64,000 nucleotides of DNA, taken from contig NC_045697.1 in the NCBI RefSeq assembly GCF_009834535.1, positions 63,180,001 through 63,244,000 of the forward strand. Direction: 5' to 3'. The stretch is from Camelus ferus. Lineage: Eukaryota. The notes beneath the pieces were generated by a model. That model did not search any database. It was not told the DNA's origin and saw only the letters and a list, made by a program, of their open reading frames with translations. Positions 40,099 to 54,794 of the stretch are shown piece after piece (the stretch's first letter is position 1; the number at the start of each line of letters is the position of its first letter). The translations under genes were made by a program, and so were the position numbers.

Positions 40099-43000
40099 AA
40101 ATGAAAAATTGCTCATAATTTTGATTCTCTAGATATATAATGGCAAATTGTATGTCATGAAGATTAGATAAAATTATAGGTCAACAGTTGTATATGAGGA
40201 AACTATCTTACCATATCCTCTTTAGGATTGTTGCCATTTTCAAGTTTTTGGTTTTTAGATAGTTAAAAATTTTTATATTATTTGAATTTACAACTTAATT
40301 CACAACTATGGTTGAATCAGTTTTTTTGTTTCTATTTCTCTGTTTTCCCTTTTGAATTTTATTTATCTTTTGTGTCTGTCAGGTTGTTCTTATCCAGAAT
40401 CTTAGTTTGTCTCTAGTGATGTCAGATCACGCACAAAGCTTTCCCATTCCTTTCTCTTCTTCATTTTTATTTTGTTCTTAGAGATTAATCAAAAATAAAT
40501 TTAACATTTGATTTTTATATGAAAACAATATTGCAAATAGTTAAACAAGACAATAGTAGAACAATCTACTACTAGCTCCTACTAGGTAAATTATTCTACC
40601 TTTCTCATTTTTAGGCAACCTGAATTTTTAACCCTTTCCTATCTGTAGGTATTCTTAGACACTGAGAAATGATGCCATGAGTGTCTCACTAGGACATAAA
40701 ATTCCGAAGTCTTTAGAATGTGCTGTGGCCACATTAGAAACAACAGTGACTACTAACACCCAACAAAATGCAAGAAGTTCAAAAGATAACATTTGACTTT
40801 AGTTTTAAAGGATAAGAAGGAGTTTGTCAGGCTGAAAAAGAAAGGAAGCAACACATAAAAGACAGGAGACTGGTTTGGGTAAAGGAGCATGAACATGAAA
40901 GAGCAGAGGGTATTTGGGGTGCAGCACATCGGCTTGTGTGATGTGGGAGGAGGATGGAAGATGAGCCTGTTAAACTAATGGCATGTGATATGAGGAAGTG
41001 TATTTTAGACCAGGGAGGTTAGGCTTTATTTTGTGAGTGTTTGAGATTTGGTTAAGGTTTATGACCAAAGTTATGGTTTGAAGGCGTTCATGTAATTTTA
41101 GCAGTCCACCAAGTTTTCTTATTCACTGAATCCTCCCAACTCTTGCCTCTCTCCTTTATTCTTATTTTCTTACTTGACACAAGGTGGTTAGTGTTGGTTT
41201 CTAGGTGAATGGTACCTTAATAGTCCTGTGTCAGCTTCATGAGCTCTCTCATTCTTTCCTCTTCTTCATTTTCATTATGTTCTTTTAATGTAAGCAAAAG
41301 TAATTTTTGATCTTTGAATCTAATATGAAGACAGCATTAAAATTCTCTAAACAAGCAAATAGTACTCTAGCTTTCTTAGCTTCACTAACTGAAGTTTCAT
41401 CAATATAAGGAGATGAGGAAGATAACAAATTTATATTTGTGAAAAACAAGACCAAATTTACTAATATTTCAGTCTGACAACTTTCTGTTGACTTTTATAA
41501 GTGTCTGTTCATTTAATAGTGATAACTTAAATGCAAATTTAAAAAATATATCTCATAATCTAATATTGATATTAAGCCAGTCAATTCGAAATTAGTTTAC
41601 TTCTTAGAAAAATTAAAATACAATATAGAGGAACCAGAGTCATGTTCCTCCAAGAAAAGCTTTATTTCTGGAGGGATCCATCTCTTAAAATTTAGATCCT
41701 GCAATTATTGTTTATTGAGGAAGAAACTAATCCAATTAACACTAATCTAGTAATTCTTCTGTTGACAAATTGTGTGGATGTTTGTCTCTTAAATAAAAGC
41801 GTAAGGGGACAATGGGATTGCAGTGTTCTTCTAATTTACCACTAGGCCAGTAAAAATTGTTCCTTTGGCTTGTAAATAAGTCTGCATCTCTGTAAGAGGG
41901 TGGGAAACATTAAATGATGGCAAATTAACAGTACTTTATTTGTGCTGATTTATGGATATCATTAACATGGCAATATTTTAAGATATTAATTCTTTTTCAC
42001 TTGAGCTGTATAATATATGGCTGCCTCAGATAATGACACTTAAAATTTCAGTCAAAATTAAATTTTACTCCTGGGGATTGAATTGTAGAGACTTTGCGTA
42101 TTTAAAATATTCCTTGTGATGTCTGCTTTAAAAGAGCATAGATTTTTGTTTTCAATCTACATATATTAGATAAGCTGTTAAATTGTTTAGAAACTGTAAA
42201 ACTATTTGCGTAAAAGAGCTATTTTAATATTTATTACTTTGTTCAGTATAAGTACACTTTACATTTTAAATAGATTATAATGTTCCCAATTTATGTCAAA
42301 ATACAAAAATTTCAATATCTAAAATCATAGATTAACAGAAATTTATATTTTTATTTACATCTAGGATATACTTGGCAGAGAACAAAACTGAATTCAGATA
42401 AGGTTCATAACAAGACAACGTATAGCAATCCTTACAAATGGGATTGTGTTTTTACTTTTGTATGCAGACACAATCAGTCATATTAAGGGAGGATGCCATA
42501 CCTTGATTAATGGCATTATTGATCATAAATAAATGAAAATGTCCTTTTCTGGAACTTAATTTGGGTTACCTTTTAAGAAAATCCAACAGAAAAAAATCCA
42601 AATAATATAATGATACTTATAAGTTTGTTACTATGAATCTTCAGCAGAAAGCTATGGTTTAAGCTAGAAAATACAAATTATACTCAGCTTAGCAATGATG
42701 TGACTCTTGTGAGTGCAAAGTACATTAGGCACATTTTTGAATACCATTTGTATTTCAGAATGAAAAGCTGAGCTGAGAATAAAAGCTTAACAGCAAGAAG
42801 GGAATTAAAAATCATCTGATTTTTAGTCTTCAGTGCATTAGATCAAAATAATTGAGACCTAAAGTAACATAAATAGATAAAATCAGATCTATTTGTAAGA
42901 ATCAACTTTTCTGACTGTAAGTCTAGTATTTTTATAACCATAAAATTGATTCATCTGACATAGTGCCATATATATAATCATGTAATAGTAAATGTATATT

Positions 43001-43319
43001 ATAATAGAATTATGCATATATACATATTATCCATTAGCAATATACATACTAGCATGTAATATTATGTTAGCTTTTATAATCAAGGGAAATGTTACACTAT
43101 AGGATGAAAACTTCAAAATTAGAAGCAGGAAGATAATTTATACTTTTTTGTTAGATTTGAAGATATAATTTATATTCAACATACATATCTATGTGAAGAT
43201 TATATATGTGTGTGTATTTATGTAGAAATATATATAGTGAATAATATATATATACTTACTTATATATATTTTTTAATCTCTTGAATGATAATCATCATTC
43301 ATCATGATGGACATAGATG

Positions 43320-43530
43320 GCAAGATGAGTTAGGAATACATAGATTGGAAGCAGAAAACTTAAACTTGAATTTCCCCATTTACTTACTAGCTGGCTGTCT
43401 TTGGAAAATTGGCTAATATCCCTGAACCCATTTTGTTTTCTTTTCTATAAATGGGGATAATGAAACCAAATTTGCTGGTTGTGGAGAAGGTTAGAGATAA
43501 TGCTTATAATGTGTCAGCAGAGTTATTTCA
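43320..43530 (+). mobile_element. MIR SINE
   Basis: acttactagctggctgtcttggaaaatt...ttctataaatggggataat...ggttgtggagaaggttagagataa. Confidence 0.75.
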
Positions 43531-43799
43531 TATTCTGTTTGTACTGTGACCCACATCAGCACAGTGAGGCTGGTGGATGCTTGTTTATGTCTCAATGTAG
43601 TATTTTGAATGTACTAATAGGATTTAAATCTGAAAAATATGATATTTCTTATTACTTGGGTACATAAATTTCCAAAAGTGAAATTATTACGTTAGTATAC
43701 ATGAAACAATCCTTGGGAATTGAATAGATAGTTGTGATTTAATGTCAGTATGTCTTTCTTCTTCTTGGCCAATTGTCATCTGAATTTTTATCAACATTA

Positions 43800-44035
43800 G
43801 ATAAAAACATGGACTTTGAAGACAGAGAGACTTGATTTAAAGCCCTGAATTAGCTACTTCAGAGCTCTGTAGGCATTTTATTAACCTCTCATTTCTGTAA
43901 AAATAAATAAATAATAATTTCCTGAAAAAGATATTGTGAGGGTTAAATGAAATAGCACATTTAAAAAGCTTATCATAGTGCATGATACAGAAAACTCAGT
44001 AAATGTTAACTACTATATTATTTAATTCATTATCA
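43800..44035 (+). mobile_element. MIR SINE
   Basis: catggactttgaagacaga...ttgtgagggttaaatgaaata...ctcagtaaatgttaactact. Confidence 0.75.
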
Positions 44036-46011
44036 TTGTTATTCCTAATGCAGTGACTTTTTCATCTCTCTTAAAAAATCAAACTTGATTTTGCACAATT
44101 TTAAAAGTACTAAAGTTATGGGTAATGGGATAGATAGCAATGCTTTTGGAGAAAGATTTATAACCAGTAATCTGTTGGTCTTAACATGGGGAAACAATGA
44201 ATACAATCACTTACTTAAGAGTTGTCACGTTTCAGATAGGATTCTTTCAAAGTTTGATCCACCCATAATTTTATAGTTTTTTAGCTGTTGTTCTTGTGCT
44301 GCCAAACATTGGTATATTTGTGTAATATTTCTATAATTCTACATAGACTATGAACTTATAAATGACATTGTTAAGGTAACTCACCAAAAAAACTGATTAA
44401 TACTATAATACAGCAATAATGAAAGAGACAATTGTAGGAAAAGAATAGGAAGGACTAATTTATGCTCCTGGATAACATACTTTTAAAATGAATTTATTTT
44501 ACTGGCAAAGTTATAAAGTCTAACCTAAAAATAAACAAAGATAATAATAAGTAGATATACAAAGATTTATTGAAGGAAAACAAGATATGATAGATGAACA
44601 TCCTTGACATTAGTTAAGACTGATGTCATTAAATAAGACAGTTATAGGTTCCTACTCTATTGTCTATCTCCATCTATCATTTATCTACTATCAAAGGACA
44701 AGGTGATTGTACTCTGGTCCTAAATCATTATGAAAAATTTGTTTTTATTTGACACAGTACAGATAATGAAATAATGAATTGATCAATATCAGCATATTTG
44801 AAATATGAAAAATAACAGTATTTGTGATTTTTTAATTGACATGCTAGTATCTATGAAAAAAATTAGAAAGACATGAGTGGTAAAACATTATGTCATTCCT
44901 GTATAATTTTGGTTATCATCATTGTAAAAGAACTTATAAAGGTATATACATTGAAAGACTATTTTTAATAATTGTGAAATATTGTCATATTCTTTAACTC
45001 ATTTGCAAAAAGCTATACTTCTAATATATCTCTTTCCTGATACTTATGAATGGAGTGGAGAGAGAAATCAGTTGATTTTGAGTCTTATTCTGCCGTGTCT
45101 GAAGGCTCTTTCAGAATGTCCTCGTGGAGACATTCCCTCTGTGTTTCCTGGGTTTGGCTTAAGGACATTCACTGAAAAAAAGTGCAGGGAGAGCCAGGGT
45201 AACTTTGGGTTCTGAATACTTTCTAAAGACATAGATTCTATCCCCAAAATCTTCAGTGGACTTACCCTTTCTTTGCTTGCTGGACTAGATTTGAGTGCAA
45301 TCTGTGATCGGAGAAATGATTTTGAGGACTGTCTCTAAAACATCTTGTTCCATAGCACAGTTTTTCTAAATCTCTCTCATTTTTTCCCCCTACGCACTTG
45401 GGATGTTTTACAGTACCCGCAAGATATTTTCTATTTGTTATTCTCATTCTTTTCTTCCTAATATAGTACCTGTGCGCCAACCGATGTGGCGCCAGGAGTA
45501 CTTGATTGATTTTATGTTCTTAAAACTATTTTAAATGTATCCCAGAATATCTTTTTCTTCTGTCTAGGCTTTGAAAAGTCTTAAATATTTACTCTGAACT
45601 CATACTGAGATCAAGGCTTCAAATTTAAGTTCCTTAAAACAGGGACTTGCTCTATTCACAGGGAGGTTTAACTGGTGGAGGTAATTTAGCTTTGACGGTT
45701 TACTTCTGACTGGAGAAAAAGGGTAATAATAGATCAGAAAAGAAGGCAGCAAAAGTTAGTGAAGGAGCATGGTGGTTTGTTAGATTCAAGTTAGGGTTTG
45801 AAGGATCTAAAAGAGATAGTTTAAAGGATTTTACCTCAGTCAAGGAACCCTTTAAAAAGGTAAATCTGGGATCGGAATTTCTTTTAGAGACCTCCTCAAA
45901 CCAGGAAAAATCCAGACAATTGAATATTTGGGATTTTGTTTTTGATTTTAAGGCCCTTTTCATATTAACAATTTTATTCATAATGAAAACTCCCCAGTTT
46001 GCCTATATTAT

Positions 46012-46390
46012 CATCTTAGTTAGTTTGGACTGCCATAACAAACTACACCATACTGGGTGCTTTAAATAACAGAAATTTATTTTCTCATAGTTCTTAAGGC
46101 TAGAGTTCCAAAATGAAGGTGCCAGTGTGGTCAGTTTCCGGTGAGAGCTTTCTTTCCTGGCTTGTGGATGACTGCCTCCTCACAGTGTCCTTACGTGGAG
46201 TGGAGAGAGAAAGGGAGCAAGCTCTCTGGTGTCTCTTCCTGTATGGACACTAATCTCATCTTGAGGGCCTTACCCTCTGGACCTCATCTGAGCTTAATTA
46301 TCTCCCAATGGCCCCATCTCCAAATGCCATCACATTGTGAGTTATAGCTTCAGCATCTAAATCTGGGGGAACACAATTCAGTCCAAAGCA
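46012..46390 (-). mobile_element. MaLR solo LTR, MLT1A/MLT1A0-like, with 5-bp TSD ATTAT
   Basis: ctgccataacaaactacacca...aacagaaatttatt...gagcaagctctctggtgtctctt...ccccatctccaaatgccatcacatt. ATTAT occurs at 46007-46011 and 46391-46395. Confidence 0.9.
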
Positions 46391-48973
46391 ATTATCTATT
46401 TTGAAATTATTTCATTTAGGAAGAAAGCATTCCAATTAGACTATTGTGAAAATGGAGTTAAGAGACAAATATGTGAGGGTCTAGCAAAGGTTGGTCCAGG
46501 TGCTTTTTTGTTCCTTCTGTCTATACCCTGGTACATACAAGTTGGCTGTATCTAATAGCAGACACAAGAAATCTTTAATCTCTGATGGATGAATGTTTGG
46601 ATATGAGACATATCTGGAACTAAACTGTCACATACAGAATAAGATAAGCCCAGGAAAGCTCTCATGTTTCTATAATAGGGGCTGCAAAGCAAATTCTATC
46701 CTAATATATAGCTGTTGATTAAACAAGATTATTTTGTTTATTAGTTCTTTGGATTGGCTCCAGTGTAACTCTAGTTGAACTTATGTCTGTCTTCTTCCCT
46801 ATGTATTCACCTCTATATGCTTGCAAAAGAAAAAAAGATGAAAACAGTCAAGAAGACCAGCAATATTTTTTAGTAACAAGACGGATTTCTACCAAGTATG
46901 AATGTTTCGGTCTGATCAGATAATCAAAAGATCCCTAAAAGCCAGGATCAATCTCTGACACAATTTAGTACTACGGCCAGAGAGAGCATTCTTCATGCTT
47001 TATAACGTCTAACTGCCATTTGTTCTTTTTCAACATGACAAAGGAGAAGATAACTGAGGGTGAAGCTAAAGTGTAGCCATTTGAAACACTGACCCTGGAC
47101 TACCTCTATAAGAATTTTACAAAGCTGGCATTTTTCTCATAGCTATTTTAGGTTTTTGCCAACTTATCCAAATAAAAAGTCACATCTTTCAAATTCCTTT
47201 AACATCTTTATCATCCATTATTTAATAAGGACACTAATCTTGGCTTCTGTTTGGTAATATTTGTACTTTCCATATTAAATGACAAAGGTGCCATTACTGT
47301 GATGTCATATTCTATGATGACAGATTGGACCAGCATCATTAATGCCATTTTCTGATACTAATAAATCCATGTTATGTTTTATGTTGTCACAAATATATTA
47401 TTGATAATCTGAGAATAAATAAACTAATGTATATCAGAATTTGAATTTGAATATTAAAAACTTCTATTTTACATACACACACAATTATTCATGGATCTGT
47501 ACACATTATTTTTCATGTCAAAGGAGGACTGGAGTATTAACCAGTTGTACTAAAGAGCTTTTCAAAGGCTAGTATTTTCTCTGGGCTGAAATCAGTAGCC
47601 TTTCAGATATAGTATTCCAATGAGTATCTAAATAAATTGGTGACTGAAGTAATAATCTCAAGGTTTTGTGGGCTAGGAATCTTAATTCACACTGGAATAT
47701 AAATTAAATTATGCTGTGTCTTATTTAAATGTACATAATTTCTGGATGTTGTGGTGATTTCTGGACATTTCTTTAATTGCAATGATACAAAGTTTAGACA
47801 TGACTTCCATCCATCCAAGAAGGCTGTTGGGGTTTGAGGAGAGGGAGTGTTCTAATAAAGAAAATGATGCTTCAGAATTAAGAGATTTGTTGAGAAATTT
47901 AGATGCTTCTTTTGGGAGAGATCTAGAGGAAGTTAAGAAAGTTTTGATATTGCTATTATGGTTCCTTCCTCCTCCCTCTTAAACTGCACGGTGTCCTCTG
48001 GGAATATTGGGCTGTTACAGTTATTTGTTATATTTGGTGAATGCACAGAACATTGCTATATTTCTTGACTTATTTGGTTACATGTTTCTACAGTCTTTTC
48101 TTTAACCCATTTGATTAGTGGTATATATTATTCAAGATTAGCTCCTGTGGACATTTACCATTTGTTTATAAATTGAAAACTTTGGTTTCACAAGATGAAA
48201 TATCAGCCACTTGCCTTAATAGTTGTGATTCTGCATAACATGGCCCCAGAGCAGTTTTTACCTATGTAATATACTTCCTGATTTCACCTGCTCAACCATG
48301 GGTTGTAGCTATGCTAATTTCCTCAAAGGCCATCTTTATTCTGGCTTCTATATTTTTACTTAAGTTGGACTCTCTACCTCCTTTTCTTCCAACCAAATCA
48401 TACTCAAATTAGTTGATAATGTCACTGTCTCTTCTAAATGGAAATTTAGGTATAGAATGAACTGATCTTAAATATTAGGCAATTACTTCATATGAAGCAG
48501 AATAGAAGAAGGCTAGGGGAAGATGATTTTTTGTTTGTTTGTTTTTTTGCAATTCAGAATCTGTTCTAATGATGGTAAGGGGTAAGTATCCTAAAATCAT
48601 TAGCTGTAATATATTTAACTTCTTTGTGTTATTTAAATCATCTGTTGAAACTATGTACTTTACATATTTCTTTGTGGTTTGTAATTCATGTGTAAAATTC
48701 TAAAGAGTGGCGATTTTTTAGGTGATAACTGAATAATTTATATAACTTTTAAAAGTGAGGATGAACATTATGTAGATTATATTACTCCTCATCCTTTTGG
48801 AAAGTGAAGCCCATTAAATAACCGTCAGGACTACAGAGCTAAAGACTAATCAATTATGTCTCATAACCTGAGAGGGAGTCTCCATATATCTAATGTAATT
48901 TCTTCAACAAAGATTAATAATTCATTTGATGCTTGTTCTTTTATTTTGATCAGCCAAAAAGGTATTGCTAAAG

Positions 48974-49064
48974 AGGAACAGAGAAAAGGGAGAGGGCAAG
49001 GGTAGAAGAGGAGGAGGGTGGTGAAAAGGAGGGAAAAGGGGAGGGGGAGGAGGAGAGAGAGAGA
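48974..49064 (+). repeat. Purine (GA)-rich low-complexity tract
   Basis: Seen directly. It explains the L/P/F-rich minus-strand ORF. Confidence 0.85.
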
Positions 49065-50385
49065 TTTATTATGTGATAACATTGACTGTATTATGTTTGA
49101 AGTAAAAGGAGATATATAGGAAAAAATTGAAAGATTCAGCTATTAGAAAAAATAGTCTTATTTTATCATGTAACTACTCATTACTTTCAATCTAGTTCAA
49201 AAATTAGAGACCAAAAGATGTGAGAGAAAATTTACTGAGCTCTTTCTGATAAAAAGAAAAAAAATGAAATTACCTAGGATACTTTCTCTTTTTACAGCCT
49301 GTATTGTGTGTAATAATCATCAGTATTAAAAACAAGCAAACAAACACCTAGCTAACAAAGTTCCCGAGGCAGAACAACTTCGGGCTGAAAGGAGAAGTGT
49401 GAGGTGATTATAAAAGCTGACACACGAGAAAATTGTATATATTTTTGTGTAATAAATGGCAACACCCATAGGAAAATTATATTCGACATAGTTTCACTTA
49501 CATATAGTTATATAGAATTTTTTTCCATATGTTTTGAAATATTTCTTTTAAAAGATTATAATTTAATTTATTTGTGGTTCTAGTCTTGCTTCCTTGACAA
49601 ATCCATGTAGAGTATTTTTTTTAACAATTTGTGATGATGCACTTATCTAAAAAGAATGACAGTAAAATGCATTTTTGTTTAACTATCCTTCCTCTGTGGA
49701 AATTATCTATCTAAATCCTATGTAGAATGCTTTTCAAATTCTTTATATTCTATTATATCAAGCACCTTATCTCCTTTCCCTTTAAAAATATTATTTTTTC
49801 TGTGTTCTAGAGCCCAGAATATCAGATTATAGAAATTTTTAATTAAGCATTATTTAAATGATACAGGCCTTGTCATTCATTTTTTCCCCCAGAATGTATA
49901 ACAATTATGACTTCATCTCATGCTGGGAATATTCATATAGAATTATTTTGAGTGGTAGAACAGGTTCTTATTTATACTTGCTATAGCAAAGTTGCTCCAA
50001 ATATAGCTCCCAAGTCTCTTTCTAGGTTTGAAATGAGAGACATAACTGGGAAATTCAACGTATTTACTAGACTTTTTTTTCTCTAGATGAATTGAATATA
50101 TATATGTATTTATATAGAGGTATATATATATAAATAACTGTTAGTATTATTATTTTTTATTTCCATAGTATTGAGCTGTAGACAAGTGCTGAATGAGAAT
50201 TTTAACTACCAGTCAGTCCCTTGTAATTTTCCTTTATAATTTTTAAACACAGTAACATGTGGGCAAGTTTTTGTGGCACTCATGTCAAGAATTTTTCTGT
50301 GTCATTTAGGTAACAATTTTAATGAAAACCTGTCCAGGGGCATCAAAATCTCTTTGTCATTAGTTATGTAAGTGCTATTTATGAC

Positions 50386-50765
50386 AGTACTGCTTATCTA
50401 TTGCTGTGTAACAAATTTTCCTAAAATTGAATGGCTTAAAACAGCAAATATCATTCATCATTCATGATTTTGAGGGGGTCAGGAATTCAGGCCGGGTACA
50501 GCAGAGAGCTTTCCTCTGCTGTGTGGTATTCAAGACTTCAGCTAAAATAAATGCCCTTTCACTCAAACGCTCAGTGATTGTTGATGGATGTCAACTGGGG
50601 GCTTAGATGGAACTATGAGCCAGAACATCCATGTGGACTTAGATTCCTCACAGCATGGCCTCTGGGTCCCAACAGTAAGTGTCCCCAGAGAGAGCTGGAC
50701 AGAAGGCACAAAACAGGATGGGATATATGTTGATGTGGCCATCTTTGGAAAAGCCAATCTTGTAC
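50386..50765 (-). mobile_element. MaLR LTR, MLT1F/G-like
   Basis: ttatctattgctgtgtaacaaat...tggcttaaaacagc...gggtcaggaattcagg...ttcctcacagcatggc. Confidence 0.75.
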
Positions 50766-51440
50766 AATGTATATTAACAGCCCTGCAAAGTTTAGCATGG
50801 ATAATTTAATGAACACAGTACATACCTTCTACTTTAATTACTCAGAAGCAGTAGTGTGCCACTGATGACAAACTTCACAGACCTCTAGTGCTACTATTGT
50901 TCCTATATATAGCCTTCTGTGGAAGCCTGGAAAATACCTAACCTAGGGTCTTACACTCTAAATGGTGGCTGTACAGATGAAGAAATGCTGATAAACTTTT
51001 TAATACTTTTATCTGAGAAGCAGTAATAGTTGTCTATGTCTTTATTCTTTCTTGTATGTTCTCCATGTTATATATGTTTATGTGGATATAATGTATCTAT
51101 GTACTATATGTGTTATATATAGCATGCATATATGTTCACACACACACAAACTCCATACAATTTATTTTTAAATAATCTAACAATCTTGATCACAGTTGGA
51201 AGAAGGCAGCTAGAATGACAAGGTAATAAACTCCTCAACATTAAAGTTGTTGAAGCATGAGCTGAATGGCCTGAATGGACACATCAGAGAATTTGAAATG
51301 GAAGAGGACAGTAGTGGGAGCCATATAGATTCAGTCATTAGGTGGGAGTTCAAACTGAAGCTCCTTTTATTTATTTATAGTTCATTTAATTATTGATATT
51401 AGTGCAAATAATTCTTTAGTCCTTTCCCTAAAATGGCCAT

Positions 51441-51822
51441 TGTGTAGTCTGGAAGTGCTGCCATAACCAAGCACCACAGACTGGGTGGCTTAATGGAAAC
51501 TTACATTCTCACAGTCCTGGAGGCTAGAAGTTTGGGTTCAGGGTATCCACAGGTTTGACTTTTTCTGAGACCCCTCTCTTTGGTTTGTAGATGGCCGTCA
51601 CCTCTCTTGTCTACACTTGATCTTCCCTCTGGGTGCGTCTGTGTCCCAATCTCTTCTTATAAGGGTACATGTAATATGGGATTAGGATCCACACTGATGA
51701 CCTCATTTTAATCTAATTACCTCTTTAAAGACCCTTTCGCCATATACAGTTAAATTCTGAGGTAGTGGGGATTAGGATCTCCACATGAATTTTTGGGGGG
51801 GAATACATTTTCACATATAACA
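51441..51822 (-). mobile_element. MaLR solo LTR, MLT1B-like, with 5-bp TSD GCCAT
   Basis: TG...CA ends and gctgccataacc..caccacagactgggtggctta...gacctcattttaatctaattacctctttaaagaccct. GCCAT occurs at 51436-51440 and 51823-51827. Confidence 0.92.
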
Positions 51823-52749
51823 GCCATTAGATGTTTTTCTGTTTAATAAAGTAAAATAACACTATCCATAAATTTATTCCTCTGCAATCAGTAGAGAAGA
51901 GGGGGTCAGGAGGGATTTATACATGCTTATTCCATGTTCAACATTCAAGAAACCCGTTGGCTATATCAGCTTGCATTCGATGTGTCAAGGATACATTATT
52001 GTCTGCCTCAAACACTCCAGTGCTTGGGTTGTAGTAATAAAATAGGTACCCTTACATACTGAATTCACATTTTTACATTGTTCTGTTTTCCTCTATCACT
52101 CATAAGATTTCAATTTCATTCTGGAAAATATTTGTACGATGTAAAGATTTGTGAAAATAACTGTTCAAAAGCCGAGGCAAGAAATAAATTGATATTAAAC
52201 TGGTTAAAAAGATTCAATTTCTAGGAACAAAATTTTATAATAAACCTGATAACTGTCCAAATATGTGTCACAAGATGAAAGGTTACTATTGTACTCAACA
52301 ACAAAAGTACCAGAATTTGGATAATGTGAGATAAGCCTGACTAAATTTAATGATTTTTTTACGTTTATAGTTTTGTCTAATGTTTCCAGGATATAGTTAT
52401 TTTTGTCTGTTTCCATTTCCATTTTTTCTCTAGTCAGTTTTTATTTCATATATTAATAATTTCTATACAACTTATTAACATCTTTTAAAATATCCCAATG
52501 ATGTTATCCTTACACAATATGATTGTGCAATGTATTTTTAAATTTTTAACTACTTTTTAAGTTACCTCTGAATTAATTTGGAAGTCTTCACTTACTGCTT
52601 TTGCAAATTCTTTTTTCTTATCCATTCATACTTTTACTGTATTTTCTGTTTTTGTAGTATACTGAGAATTGTCTTTCATGTTAATAAAGAAAGCAAGTAA
52701 ATATAAACTGTAATTATGTATTTGAAATAAAAGTGTTAACATTTCTGAA

Positions 52750-53485
52750 TACTCTGCACTCTTACTGTTTCCCCTCCTTTCCACTGGGCTACCACTTCCA
52801 ATGACAGAAAGTCTTCACCATTTCCCACTCCATTTATTTCAGTAGCATTGTTAATGGTCTCACCTAACCTTGTTCCTGTACTTAGACATTGCCCAAGCTG
52901 CTTGTAGGAAATATAAAGCTAATCAAGTTGTGTCTTTGTTAAATGATTGGTTAGCACATCCTCGTTAACTTCAGAATCAAAAACTAATGTTTTAGAATTG
53001 CTTAGAAGGCCCTTAAGGTATTGGCAATAATCTGTATCTCTGTTCTTCAACTTCCCATGTCTTGTCTATGGCCCCAGTCATGTGGAATTATTTGAATTTC
53101 TCAAGATATGTAACTTTTCTCATATGTCATTGCCTTTTAGCACTCTTTTCTGTGCTTGGCTAGCATCTTCTCTTTCCCCTAATGCCTCACTTAGTTCATT
53201 TTTCTTCACTCTCATTCACTAGGCAAATATTTATTGTTTCCTCATATTATCTATGAATAGTATGTAAGTAAGTTATATATGACAAGTACTAAGTAACAGG
53301 TGTGAACAAGATAGTAGCAGTCCTTCTGTTCCAGTCCTGATGATTACTTCCCTAGCTGGCCTCCATGATAGCACTTCCTGTATGGTGTTGTTTTCCCACT
53401 ACACAAAATTACACCACGGTAAAACCTTTGCTGTACCTGTTACAATGCCTGGACATGGTCTAGCTCAGTGAATGCCACTAATGTA
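52750..53485 (+). mobile_element. L2 LINE fragments
   Basis: L2-like pyrimidine-rich body and terminal acaatgcctggacatggt..gctcagtgaatg. Confidence 0.55.
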
Positions 53486-53704
53486 ATGACTATGTAGGAC
53501 TGCTTTTGCTGAATGTGGGTTTATTTGTAGTCATGATGCAATGACTTATATTTTATCTGCTTATTTTACAATTCCTCTTTCAATTCTGGACTAATATTAT
53601 TTCATCAGATGAGCCCTTTATAAGGAATGAATCAAGGACACTAATTCAAAGGAAATATTTAGAGGTTCACCAAAACTGGAATGTAACACCAAAATGTCAT
53701 TGTT

Positions 53705-53819
53705 TATTTATTTTTATTTGTCTATATTTTACTGTTTTTTAATGAAGGTACTGGGGGTTGAACCCAGGACCTCATGTGTGCTAAGCACTCACTCTGCACC
53801 TGAGCTGTAGCCTTTCCCA
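53705..53819 (-). mobile_element. Camelid-type tRNA-derived SINE with perfect 14-bp TSD
   Basis: gaaggtactgggggttgaacccaggacctcatgtgtgctaagcac..actct..acctgagct. The TSD AAAATGTCATTGTT lies at 53691-53704 and 53820-53833. Confidence 0.9.
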
Positions 53820-53839
53820 AAAATGTCATTGTTGCCCTG

Positions 53840-54146
53840 TACAGTTATCAACCAGAGAACTAGAACCAGCAGATTGGCTTATGTGATTGTGGGGACTGGC
53901 TGGGCAAGCCCCAGATCTGGAATGCACAGCATCAGGAAGGGCAGGCTGGACATTTTGACAAGGGCAGAATTTTTATCTTCATCAAGAAGCCTCAACTGCT
54001 CTTAAGGCTTTTGAACTCATTGAATAAGTCTCACCCAGATTATCCATAATCTCCCTTACTTAAAGTCAACGGTAATGAACTGTTATCATAACTACAAAAT
54101 GTCTTCCCAGCACATCTACAGCAGTGTTTGATTGAATAACTGGAGT
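53840..54146 (-). mobile_element. ERVL LTR, MLT2D-like
   Basis: ccagagaac..gaaccagcag, attggcttatgtgattgtgggg, cacccagattatc..taatctcccttacttaaagtcaac, gtgtttgattgaataactgg. Confidence 0.8.
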
Positions 54147-54184
54147 ATAATATATCAAAAAAATCAAAGGTAGTTGTAAATAGT

Positions 54185-54350
54185 AATATGTGGTAACGTC
54201 TAAAAACTTCTTTACTATTTCTCCAGCATTATCCTAAGCACTTCACATGTAGTAATTAATTAAATGCTCAGAACAACCTAAGAAGATATTGTTTTTATTC
54301 GTATTTTACTGGTAAGAAAAAATTGCAGAGAGGTAAATTTGACTTGCAAA
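54185..54350 (-). mobile_element. MIR SINE
   Basis: ctaagcacttcacatgt...tcagaacaacccta...attttactggtaagaaa...cagagaggtaa. Confidence 0.65.
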
Positions 54351-54794
54351 TAGATTCTATTAGAAGATGTCTATTCTACAAAGCATTTATTTTTATCATT
54401 TAAGTTTACTAGTGTATTTCAAGCCCCTATAACAGTGCTGGGCAAGAAAAATTAATAGCAACTGATTAAAAATAAATTTGAAAAATATATTTTTCTAAAT
54501 CATATATTTTTCTTTGCCATAGACAAATGTAACTGATAGCAGGTTTCACCTTGATCCTTGACACTCATTCTCCAATGGAGCAATAGTAAAACAATTGTTG
54601 TCAGTCATTTTGAAGAACAGAGTTTGGGATTAGGAGCATTTGTGTGATGAGTCAAAGTTATGTTAGGAGATAAATTGATTAATGATTACATACCTTTTTA
54701 GGATAAAGAATTCAGATATAAGACTATTACTGAAAAAGCTCAACTATTAAATTTATTACTTCAGAACACTTGATACGTTGTATTTAAATGAGAA

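Noticed and set aside
45700..45981. 93-aa minus-strand ORF
   Set aside because: No recognisable domain and no convincing splice or promoter context; compatible with chance.
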